Below are positions 31,201 to 38,349 of a DNA stretch of 64,000 nucleotides, one piece after another (position 1 is the stretch's first letter; every line of letters begins with the position of its first letter). Location: positions 31,261 through 95,260 of the forward strand of contig DAOI01000003.1 in assembly GCA_002501805.1 (NCBI GenBank), in the 5' to 3' direction. Made by a program: the position numbers and the translations under genes. The notes under the pieces are model-generated. The model was not told the DNA's origin, made no database searches, and worked only from the letters and a program-made list of their open reading frames with translations. This DNA comes from Euryarchaeota archaeon UBA463. GTDB lineage: Archaea > Thermoplasmatota > Poseidoniia > Poseidoniales > Thalassarchaeaceae.

Positions 31201-32259
31201 ACCAGTGGCTCTACTTCTCCCATATCTAAGTCTGAATCCCCCGGGTTCACCAGGCTCGCCAAAGATAGGCCTTCCAGCGATCACATCATCCATGTATCTT
31301 GAAATCTCAGGAATTTGCCTGCTTTTGAAGCTATCAGACTCACCCTCATCGCTCTTTCCCTTACTAGCAAACTGAGAGATAAATTCCCATCCTGGAATCT
31401 CCATTCTTTCCGTGTGCTTCACAATTTTTGGAGCCTTGAGGCACAAACCTTCACCGATAACCAACATCACTCCACCTCGAACCCTGGTCCTGAATGAACC
31501 ATTCTCATTCTGTACGTTCTTGACCTCCTTGAATCCAGCACACTCCTGCTTCTCAGTCTCCTCTCCGTTAACCATTACTGGACACGCCCTAACGATTACC
31601 TCTACTTCCTCAGGAGGAGGTTTGTACTGAAGGCCAACTCTGTATAGTCCAAACTCTTCCTTCACTCTTTCCACCTCTCTTGTGGATGGATTATATCTCC
31701 CCAGACCAAGCTCACGTCTGATCATGTCACCAATTAGTACGCACAGAGCTTGAGCAGTTCCTCCGGCGGCTCTTATTGGTCCGCAGAAATCAATAGAAAG
31801 AAACTCTGAGCCATCTGAATTATTGAGAATCCTGACCGCACCAATACCATCCAGTGGAGCTACAAGAACAGCTTCTGTAAGTACAGCTAGGCCAACTCTG
31901 AGTCCACAATCTATTGCCTCTCGGAGATCTCCGTCACGCTCATACATCCGTTTTGCCACATTAACCGCTATCTGGATGGATGCACTCTCTCTGTCAGTTT
32001 TCAGAAGTATTGCTCGAAGGTCGTCCTCTATCTCTAGACCCTTCAGATACTCCTCGAGGAGTTTCTCAGTCCTACTTGCCAAATCCGCGGCTCTTGGGAT
32101 TTCTATTTCAGTGCTGAAGTCAAGCCCCCTCGCCTTGGCCTGGAGAGCTATGTCATATACTTCCTGAGTCCTCAAATCAAGCCATTCTTGGTAGGATTCA
32201 ACTTCGGATGAAAGCCTGTCTGAATCATACTCCGACACAGATTCACGATGCTCAACCAT
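28285..32259 (-). CDS. DNA polymerase II (PolD) large subunit DP2
   Basis: 1324 aa. C-terminal zinc-finger block CVKCGHSYRRMPLAGKC..ATCGGNVVLTVSEGAVRKYI. N-terminal and central regions are typical of DP2. Confidence 0.85.
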   Translation of the reverse strand: MVEHRESVSEYDSDRLSSEVESYQEWLDLRTQEVYDIALQAKARGLDFSTEIEIPRAADLASRTEKLLEEYLKGLEIEDDLRAILLKTDRESASIQIAVNVAKRMYERDGDLREAIDCGLRVGLAVLTEAVLVAPLDGIGAVRILNNSDGSEFLSIDFCGPIRAAGGTAQALCVLIGDMIRRELGLGRYNPSTREVERVKEEFGLYRVGLQYKPPPEEVEVIVRACPVMVNGEETEKQECAGFKEVKNVQNENGSFRTRVRGGVMLVIGEGLCLKAPKIVKHTERMEIPGWEFISQFASKGKSDEGESDSFKSRQIPEISRYMDDVIAGRPIFGEPGEPGGFRLRYGRSRATGLAAAGLNPVSMEAAGGFLSVGTQMKIERPGKACAVTPCTDIEGPMVILGDGEFRRVHTLDEWKLIRERVVSVWDNGEILMGFGEFLENNKNLVPSAYNRDWWAADLLDSMDHPQKVSTFAEIMGVGLDTLPKGLPFNGAINRGGEDALEREWRKREWYLFLRDIDLTWQQSKRISEAFGTAVPPPWNLWWSDLPISITRPLIQALSGSEIEESGLRISGASRDWSPDSLQDLDSTHEPDFDMWPSWMSVRNHGIVKSCLLTLGLQHYHEAGDIVISSNWEGLLEGLGLMSEEGVVVSSLDAMGHIEDRLVRVREAKKIVQAEGKRKSELESRRGLARVQATTLAMQQGKGTLETEAIGEEAAQGISDPGPENVASLNRSVSLLDDHIVDGSLWLVRKLSSMRWEDSATCRIGARMGRPEKSGVREMKPLVHSLYPIAESGGPQRLLGEASSKGSIRVQMGPRICSKCGSESPHIRCHVRPDPNVAKECGGRTEVRKSRGGKRRRRGEFTTVPVSSILEVKRRALGLDKLPSKIKAVKGLVSIGQSPEPLEKGILRAKHGVSVFRDGTSRYDMSDVPVTHFKPAEIGTSWEALVELGYTHDIRGNIVKSDSQMLELLPQDFIPSIRSKDHLLATCNFVDELLVRFYQMEPFYNATSEKDLVGRLAIGLAPHTSGGVLCRLIGWTSSSAGYAHPLFHAAKRRNCDGDEDSIMMLMDGLLNFSKEILPAGRGGRMDAPLVLTTRLNPMEIDKEALNVDCSWSYSRDFYEATLSQPHPNEASDLVDLVSDRLGSIGDLRGYGWTHDSGDLDSGPVNSAYKTLVSMTDKMGEQLALGSRLRSVSVDRVASQVIESHFLPDMRGNMMAFTRQKVRCVKCGHSYRRMPLAGKCVQRASGISGGPRFSSSDDGVATCGGNVVLTVSEGAVRKYIQVTKEVMESYGVDDYTKQRVGWMSDSVDSLFNNDRVTVMTLEDFL

Positions 32260-32387
32260 AACTATGCCCCACGCGAATAAGTGTCCAACAGGCTAGACCG
32301 TTCAAGAACATTGACCGTATTTCCCCACTCGATGGCTATTTACCTACCGAAGCTTCATTCGATTACCATTGCTCGGATTAGTCGGAT

Positions 32388-32975
32388 ATGCAGTCGATTT
32401 CAGCCGCTCAAGCAAAGCTCCTCCTGATTGACAGGGTGAGAGATTTGGCATACCTTCACTCTCCTAATGACCTATTCACCTTAGCTAGTGGCAGGGAGAG
32501 TCCGCATTTCTTTGATATGAAACCAGTGATGATGAACCCAGAATGTGCTCATCTACTTGGAGTCCTAATTCATGATAAAATTGTCGATATAGGGGGCGTA
32601 GATGCCGTTGGTGGCTTGGAGTTAGGGGCTGTTCCCCTAACGGCCATCGCAATTGCCAAGGCAGGAAAAGGCTCAGAAATCAGAGGATTCATGGTTCGCA
32701 AGGAGCCTAAGGGTAGAGGAGGCAGAAAGACTGGAAATCCACCAGGAATAGAAGGCTCAACCATCAGATCAGGAGATAGAGTGGTATTACTCGAAGACGT
32801 CACCACAACTGGAGGATCAGCATTGAAGGCGGCTGAGATGTTGAATTCAATGGGTTGCGAAGTAGCGGCATGCATTACTATTCTTGATAGAGAGGAGGGA
32901 GGAATTGAAGCATTCAAAACTGCCGGAATACCCCTTATACCACTTTTACTGAGATCAAATATTACAGGTGATTGA
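32388..32975 (+). CDS. pyrE: Orotate phosphoribosyltransferase
   Basis: PRPP-binding motif VVLLEDVTTTGGSALKA. 195 aa. Confidence 0.85.
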   Translation: MQSISAAQAKLLLIDRVRDLAYLHSPNDLFTLASGRESPHFFDMKPVMMNPECAHLLGVLIHDKIVDIGGVDAVGGLELGAVPLTAIAIAKAGKGSEIRGFMVRKEPKGRGGRKTGNPPGIEGSTIRSGDRVVLLEDVTTTGGSALKAAEMLNSMGCEVAACITILDREEGGIEAFKTAGIPLIPLLLRSNITGD

Positions 32976-33374
32976 TTGAGCCAACATATCATAGATCCTG
33001 AAGGAACCCCATATTCTCCTGAGAAACACCCAATGAAGGATTATGTAGGGGCATCTGCCTATTTTGACCTAGATCTAAGATCAGGAGTAATAATGGATGT
33101 CCAGAAGTTCCCAGAAATGAGGAAGCCATCATACAAGATTCAAGTTGACTTTGGGCCTGCTATTGGAAAGCTCTGGAGCTCAGCACAGATAACCAACTAT
33201 CCACGACACGATCTAATTGGAAGAAAGGTAGTAGGTGCGATCAATCTCGGCGACAAGACTCTTCCAACTGGTTTCATTAGCCAGTTTCTGGTTCTTGGAG
33301 CTCTGGATCCGGACGGAACAGTCAGGCTCCTCGAGCTTCCTGAAGGCGTGTTGCCCGGTTCATTGGTCGCCTGA
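32976..33374 (+). CDS. tRNA-binding OB-fold protein (CsaA/Trbp111-like)
   Basis: IGKLWSSAQITNYPRHDLIGRKVVGAINLGDKTLPTGFISQFLVLGA matches the Myf/EMAP tRNA-binding domain. Confidence 0.6.
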   Translation: MSQHIIDPEGTPYSPEKHPMKDYVGASAYFDLDLRSGVIMDVQKFPEMRKPSYKIQVDFGPAIGKLWSSAQITNYPRHDLIGRKVVGAINLGDKTLPTGFISQFLVLGALDPDGTVRLLELPEGVLPGSLVA

Positions 33375-33376
33375 AC

Positions 33377-34264
33377 TCACTTGTGCTTCCAGCAGAATTC
33401 CCCGCCCCTGAATGACATGCCTCTGCACTTCTTATCACTCACAGGGTCTACGTAGGTGCAGTAAGCTGTCTTCAATTCCGACCTCGTTCCCACTGACTTG
33501 TCATCAATTCTACGGAACTTCTTGCCCTTCTCCTTGACCGAGGCGCTTCTCCTGATACTATCGAGCTCCCCCTTGTCGAACCAGAATGATCCGCAGTCGC
33601 CACATCCGTCAAGAACCAGGGAATCAATCTTGCCCCCCTCTTTCGGATTCTTATCCTTGGATGCCTCGTGTGCGGCTACTCCTATGACAACCACCAGCGC
33701 GAATACCAGAAGTATCGGATGATCAAAGGACATTCCCCCCAAATTTTCGAGGCCACCGCCCCCCTGTTGCCTGGGAAGCTCATAAAACACCCTTATCTCG
33801 ACCATCTTCCCTCCGCACGTCGGGCAATCGAGATCGCATGGCACCCCTTGTTCCAGTAGTGATTCGAGAGTTCCCACCTTGTCCGACTTATCCTTGAGTA
33901 TCGTCCCTATGTTCTTGGCATTTAGTACTGAACCCTTGCATTTAGAGCACTCAAAATAACCCATATCATTGACTATCTCATAGGACAGCTGACCGCATCC
34001 CCTCGGGCACTCAAGCTTCTCTAGATCGGCAATCTGCCTACGATGTGTCCTGCAGAAAAGAAGCCCCGCCATGGCACTTCGCTCGCAAGGCATTCCATTC
34101 GTCTTCTTGCCCATGCATTGAGTGACCCCTGGGTCCTGATACTGGTGCTTCCAGCAGTAATTGGATTTGTACTTGACATTCATTCTACATTGGGGGGACC
34201 CGGGTCGATTTTCGTCTACCCCCCTGCATCGACTCATAACAAGGCCATGCCATTGCACTGTCAT
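33377..34264 (-). CDS. Cys-rich membrane protein with multiple zinc-ribbon modules
   Basis: Three C-x(6-9)-C-W/R-K/T-H repeats (..YCWKHQ, ..FCRTHR, ..FCWKHK), a CPTCGG ribbon, one TM helix (ILLVFALVVVIGVAA), then CGDCGSFWFDKGELD (zf-TFIIB/PF13453-like). Confidence 0.45.
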   Translation of the reverse strand: MTVQWHGLVMSRCRGVDENRPGSPQCRMNVKYKSNYCWKHQYQDPGVTQCMGKKTNGMPCERSAMAGLLFCRTHRRQIADLEKLECPRGCGQLSYEIVNDMGYFECSKCKGSVLNAKNIGTILKDKSDKVGTLESLLEQGVPCDLDCPTCGGKMVEIRVFYELPRQQGGGGLENLGGMSFDHPILLVFALVVVIGVAAHEASKDKNPKEGGKIDSLVLDGCGDCGSFWFDKGELDSIRRSASVKEKGKKFRRIDDKSVGTRSELKTAYCTYVDPVSDKKCRGMSFRGGEFCWKHK

Positions 34265-34316
34265 TATCCTTTTTACGGCAGTTACACTATTGGACCGCTT
34301 GTCACCCGCTCAACAC

Positions 34317-34802
34317 ATGCCTACCATAGTTAGAATGACGACAAGCGCGGGACCAATAGATATCGAACTCTTCACCGAAGACTGTCCAGAGACCACAGGA
34401 AACTTCCTCAGACTTGTGGATGATGGGTTCTATGACGGACTACATTTTCACAGGGTAATCAAAGATTTCATGATTCAAGGCGGATGCCCTCACTCGAGGG
34501 ACCCACACAACGGGAGAGCTGGAACTGGAGGTCCGGGTTGGAAGATTCCTTGTGAGGCTTCAGCACTGGCAAAGAGCCACGATACTCCAGGACTCTTCTC
34601 CATGGCCAATGCTGGTCCCAACACTGGTGGCTCCCAGTTCTTCCTGACCACCGTCCCCACGCCATGGCTTGACGGTAATCATGCCGTATTTGGAAAGGTC
34701 ATCAAAGGAATGGAAAATGTTCACAAAATCGAGAACTGCGATACTCAGCCAGGAGACAGGCCATACGATCCTCAGAAGATAATCAAGGTTGAGAGATCTT
34801 AA
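34317..34802 (+). CDS. Cyclophilin-type peptidyl-prolyl cis-trans isomerase
   Basis: HFHRVIKDFMIQGGCP, GTGGPG, LFSMANAGPNTGGSQFFLTTVPTPWLDGNHAVFGKV. The start was set at the internal ATG at 34317; the track ORF begins at a TTG at 34161. Confidence 0.85.
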   Translation: MPTIVRMTTSAGPIDIELFTEDCPETTGNFLRLVDDGFYDGLHFHRVIKDFMIQGGCPHSRDPHNGRAGTGGPGWKIPCEASALAKSHDTPGLFSMANAGPNTGGSQFFLTTVPTPWLDGNHAVFGKVIKGMENVHKIENCDTQPGDRPYDPQKIIKVERS

Positions 34803-34833
34803 TAAAACGCCTTACTAATAGTCTATCACAGAG

Positions 34834-34845
34834 TTTATTAATAAG
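34834..34845 (+). promoter_or_regulatory. TATA-box-like element (TTTATTAATAAG) about 24 bp upstream of the fumC ATG
   Basis: AT-rich box at archaeal BRE/TATA spacing, implying a leaderless or near-leaderless transcript that starts at the ATG at 34863. Confidence 0.3.
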
Positions 34846-34862
34846 TAATTAATGCCGAATAT

Positions 34863-36464
34863 ATGGCAAAGCACCGTGTAGGTGATCGTAGGATAATCAG
34901 CATTAGTATTCCAGAGGAAACCGCTAGGAAGCTAGACCGTAGAGTGGGCAAGGGCAAGACAAGAGGAAGGTCCGCTACAATTTCTAAGATGATTGAAGAT
35001 GGACTATCGTCAAGAAATTCTCATCAAGAGGACATCGAAGTCTCAACCCATCAGAGATCTGCTAGGGCGAATCCAGATGAAAATAGGATCGAGATTGATA
35101 CCATGGGAGAAGTAGTCGTGCCTGCAGATAGATACTATGGAGCTCAGACAGCCAGATCTCTTGAGAACTTCGATATCGGTGACGACATAATGCCAAGAGC
35201 AGTAATCAGAGCCTTTGGGATTCTAAAGAAAGCAGCAGCAGAAACCAACTCCCAACTTGGTCAGCTGGATGGCAACATCGCCTCTCTGATTTCCTCATCA
35301 TGCGATGAGGTAATTTCAGGTAGTCTCGACGGACACTTCCCACTAAGGATTTGGCAGACAGGATCAGGAACTCAAACAAATATGAATGCAAATGAAGTCA
35401 TCGCTAATAGGGCAATAGAGCTCGCAGGAGGAGAATTGGGCAGTAAGACCCCAGTCCACCCAAATGATCACGTGAACAGGGCGCAGTCTAGTAATGACAC
35501 ATTTCCAACAGCAATGCACATATCTTCAGCCGAGCAAATCACGAATCAATTACTCCCTTCAGTTCATCATCTAAGGGACGCTTTGGAGGCCAAAGCGCAG
35601 GAGTTTTACTCTATTGTCAAGATTGGCAGGACACACCTCATGGATGCAGTGCCACTTACTCTCGGTCAAGAGTTCTCAGGATACGTGTACATGTTGGACG
35701 CTGATATTCGGAGGATAGAGTTCGCATTGGCTGATCTATTCGAACTAGCGTTAGGGGGGACCGCCGTCGGAACTGGATTGAATACCCATCCCGACTTTTC
35801 AGAAAAGGTCGCCAACAGTATTTCTCAACAAACCGGCCTGCCATTCATCAGTGCAGAGAACAAGTTCTCTCAGTTAGCAGCCCATGATGCAATTGTCTCC
35901 GCATCGGGAGCACTAAACACCCTTGCGGTTTCATTAATGAAGATTGCAAACGACATCAGATGGCTCGGTTCTGGCCCTAGATGCGGAATCGGAGAACTGT
36001 CCTTGCCTGCCAATGAACCAGGATCCAGTATTATGCCAGGAAAGGTCAATCCCACTCAGTCCGAGGCTATGACGATGGTATGCTGCCAAGTTATGGGCAA
36101 CCATGCAGCCATATCCATCGGAGGTAGCCAAGGTAATTTCGAATTGAATGTATTCAAGCCGATGATGATTCATAACCTGCTCCATTCAATCAGAATCCTG
36201 TCAGACAGCTGTCGCTCGTTCACTTCCAAGTGTGTTAACGGATTAGTCGCTAATGAAGAGAAGATTTCCGAGCATTTGGAGAACTCTCTGATGTTGGTAA
36301 CCGCACTTAATCCTCACATTGGATACGATAACGCCGCGAAGATTGCCAAGCACGCCCACCAGAATAACCTAACACTCAGGGAGAGTGCCTTGAGACTGGG
36401 GTTGGTTACCGAAGAACAGTTCGATCACTGGGTCAAGCCAGAGTCAATGACAGGAAGTAGCTAG
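34863..36464 (+). CDS. fumC: Fumarate hydratase class II with an N-terminal ribbon-helix-helix-like extension
   Basis: [47 protein letters not shown] is the fumarase C signature. FumC-like N-terminal residues ([29 protein letters not shown]) start only at about residue 75. The extra N-terminus [40 protein letters not shown] has the beta-strand / helix / loop / helix pattern of CopG/Arc/MetJ RHH domains. Confidence 0.85.
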   Translation: MAKHRVGDRRIISISIPEETARKLDRRVGKGKTRGRSATISKMIEDGLSSRNSHQEDIEVSTHQRSARANPDENRIEIDTMGEVVVPADRYYGAQTARSLENFDIGDDIMPRAVIRAFGILKKAAAETNSQLGQLDGNIASLISSSCDEVISGSLDGHFPLRIWQTGSGTQTNMNANEVIANRAIELAGGELGSKTPVHPNDHVNRAQSSNDTFPTAMHISSAEQITNQLLPSVHHLRDALEAKAQEFYSIVKIGRTHLMDAVPLTLGQEFSGYVYMLDADIRRIEFALADLFELALGGTAVGTGLNTHPDFSEKVANSISQQTGLPFISAENKFSQLAAHDAIVSASGALNTLAVSLMKIANDIRWLGSGPRCGIGELSLPANEPGSSIMPGKVNPTQSEAMTMVCCQVMGNHAAISIGGSQGNFELNVFKPMMIHNLLHSIRILSDSCRSFTSKCVNGLVANEEKISEHLENSLMLVTALNPHIGYDNAAKIAKHAHQNNLTLRESALRLGLVTEEQFDHWVKPESMTGSS

Positions 36465-36494
36465 CTCTCATCACGAAAAAAATTATTTTGAAAG

Positions 36495-37185
36495 GGCCAA
36501 AGGTGGGAGCAGCAGGGGGTTCTGCTTGGGGAAGCTTTCCCCCCTGCGTACTCCGCAGGGTCCGGTTCCTCATCTCCAAAGGAGATGATTTCCCGGGTAG
36601 ACGACTCTGGAACCACTAGGGTTCCTTCGCCATTTTTCTGGACGTTTGGGTAATATCCCCCCAGGGGATTGCTCCCCTGTCGCCCTCCTCGATTCACTCC
36701 ATGGCTAGTATCACCATTTTGTTTCGTCGATCGGTACCGGTCCTCCACAGGTCTCCCTGCTCTCGTTCCCGGTGCGTTTCCCTAAGTTTCCTTCCCCTTC
36801 CTTGCGTCCGGTTATCTCCACTTCGTTTCCCGCACTCGTGCTCCAAGATTGCATCCATCTCTGGATGCCTTCCCTTCCTTCGTGTACCTTTGCAGTATGG
36901 TTTTCTGGTACGGTTTATGTTTTCCCCCCGAAGGGTTCGGTTCCGTTTTCCCCAGCTTTCCCCATTGCTTCTTTCCCTTCCTTGCGTCCGATCTTCCCAC
37001 ATTGGTTCTACTGCTGCCTATTCACCCACAGGTGATTTGGCTATTCCCCGCGCTCTTTTCAGAGCACGGATCTACCGTTCCGACTTTGCGGATCAGTTGT
37101 TGTGGCCCGCGGGTTTGCCGAAGCGCGCCCACACCACTCCCCCGGAGCGGCAAAGTCAACAGGGCAAGCGGCGGCAAATAAACCT
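36495..37185. other. ORF-free, strongly strand-asymmetric, hairpin- and repeat-rich interval; candidate large structured ncRNA of unknown class
   Basis: It spans ~690 bp between convergent genes. It is pyrimidine-rich on the + strand (GA-rich on -), has no credible ORF, and holds a run of perfect hairpins: CCCTGCG-tactc-CGCAGGG, CATCTCC-aaa-GGAGATG, GGAACC-acta-GGTTCC, ATCCCC-cca-GGGGAT, GCATCCA-tctc-TGGATGC. It also has three copies of CCCTTCCTT(G)CGT(C)C-like motif at about 36796, 36870 and 36975. Confidence 0.3.
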
Positions 37186-37201
37186 TTCGTTCAGTAACAC
37201 G

Positions 37202-37247
37202 TTTACAGTGGAAATAGGGGTCAGTAAATGTTAATTTCCACTGTAAA
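37202..37247 (-). terminator. 14-bp perfect inverted repeat (TTTACAGTGGAAAT ... ATTTCCACTGTAAA, 18-nt spacer) just 3' of the beta-propeller gene; ORB-like core
   Basis: A perfect palindromic hairpin immediately after the stop of the minus-strand gene at 37251, followed on the minus strand by TTTATTT. The arms contain CAGTGGAAA, and GGGGTC follows. Confidence 0.35.
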
Positions 37248-37250
37248 TTT

Positions 37251-38300
37251 TCATTCCCTCAGTCTTCTCAAACGCTCCATAAGGAGGCTTCTTTCCCCTT
37301 CTCGATGTCTTGGCCTCATATCCTCATGGTCAAACCTATTCTCATATCTCTCTTCTACCAGGAAAACCCTTCCAGACTCGTCTCCAAAAACTATGGCCTC
37401 CTCCTTGAAATCACAAACCACAATTCTATCTGGGTGTTCGAAGACCTGTGAGTAAACCCCTCCTGGCGATATCGAAAAGAATCTTGACTTACCCTCCCAA
37501 GTCTGAACCCACAGATCAATACCATTCGGAGCAACTCCCAATGACAATACTTCGCTATCTAGATCAATTTCTTTCTCGCCCCATAGAATTCGGCCATTTC
37601 GATCACCGCTCGCCCAACCGTCATCTATGCTGATGATCGAGGTAATCAATCCACTTACCTTTCCACATAAATCTCCTTCAGAATTACAAATACTACCGTC
37701 ACTCAATCCGAACATTATCGTCTCAGGCCCATCGCAACCGATGGTAACAGGAGACACAACGTCAAGTGAATGATAATTCAGTATTCCATCCCTGCCTATT
37801 TTGATAAAGCCACAGGAAGGCCTTCCTATCCCAATCTCTATTCCATTGTTGACTCCCATATGCCACCCTTTCTCGGCGAATGACCATCTTTCAATCAGCT
37901 CGCCTTGGCTATTGAATTTCCAAAGTGTTGACTCAGTGTAGTCAGAGATATCAATTTCATAGACAGAGGATAATGCCCAAATGAAACCATCCCAGATTGT
38001 TACACTATCGCTGGAACCTTCCAGTTGCGAGCTCCACAAAACTTCACCCGTGCTTATCTTAACGGCCACCAAATTAGATGAGCAGGAGGCATAGAGCACT
38101 TCTTCTGAAACTGCTAAATCTGATATCGGTCCATCCAATTTCAGTCCCAGTATCTGCTCACCAGTCTCAATTGACCATGAGTTAATCGCACCTTCTTTTG
38201 AACCAACAATGACTGTTCCCGACTCAAATATAATGCAACTACAACAACTTCCAACGTCCCTGATGAATGATGAAGCGTCACTAAGTCTTCTGTCTCCCAC
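37251..38300 (-). CDS. Beta-propeller repeat protein (PQQ/WD40-like)
   Basis: 349 aa of repeated beta-strand-rich ~40-aa units with recurrent W/G-D motifs (LWSSQ, IWDGFIWA, ILWGEK). Confidence 0.5.
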   Translation of the reverse strand: MGDRRLSDASSFIRDVGSCCSCIIFESGTVIVGSKEGAINSWSIETGEQILGLKLDGPISDLAVSEEVLYASCSSNLVAVKISTGEVLWSSQLEGSSDSVTIWDGFIWALSSVYEIDISDYTESTLWKFNSQGELIERWSFAEKGWHMGVNNGIEIGIGRPSCGFIKIGRDGILNYHSLDVVSPVTIGCDGPETIMFGLSDGSICNSEGDLCGKVSGLITSIISIDDGWASGDRNGRILWGEKEIDLDSEVLSLGVAPNGIDLWVQTWEGKSRFFSISPGGVYSQVFEHPDRIVVCDFKEEAIVFGDESGRVFLVEERYENRFDHEDMRPRHREGERSLLMERLRRLRE

Positions 38301-38349
38301 AAATGCCCTATGGAGGAAGTGGATATCGTACTTCCGTATAATCGACAGT

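Noticed and set aside
36495-37185. Identification of the odd non-coding interval as RNase P RNA, SRP RNA or a group II intron
   Set aside because: Partial resemblances (AAAGUCGG vs the P4 AAAGUCCGG; GGAAGGGAAAGAAGCAA vs SRP helix 8 GGAAGGNAGCAGC) are at the wrong spacing, too far apart for RNase P, and lack the partner strands. No GUGYG 5' end plus domain V signature for a group II intron. Left as unknown.
36701-37234. 177-aa + strand ORF and the 95/102/62-aa minus-strand ORFs inside the non-coding interval
   Set aside because: They are low-complexity translations (P/S/R/C-rich or G/R/K-rich) produced by the pyrimidine/purine strand skew. No start context, and they overlap one another.
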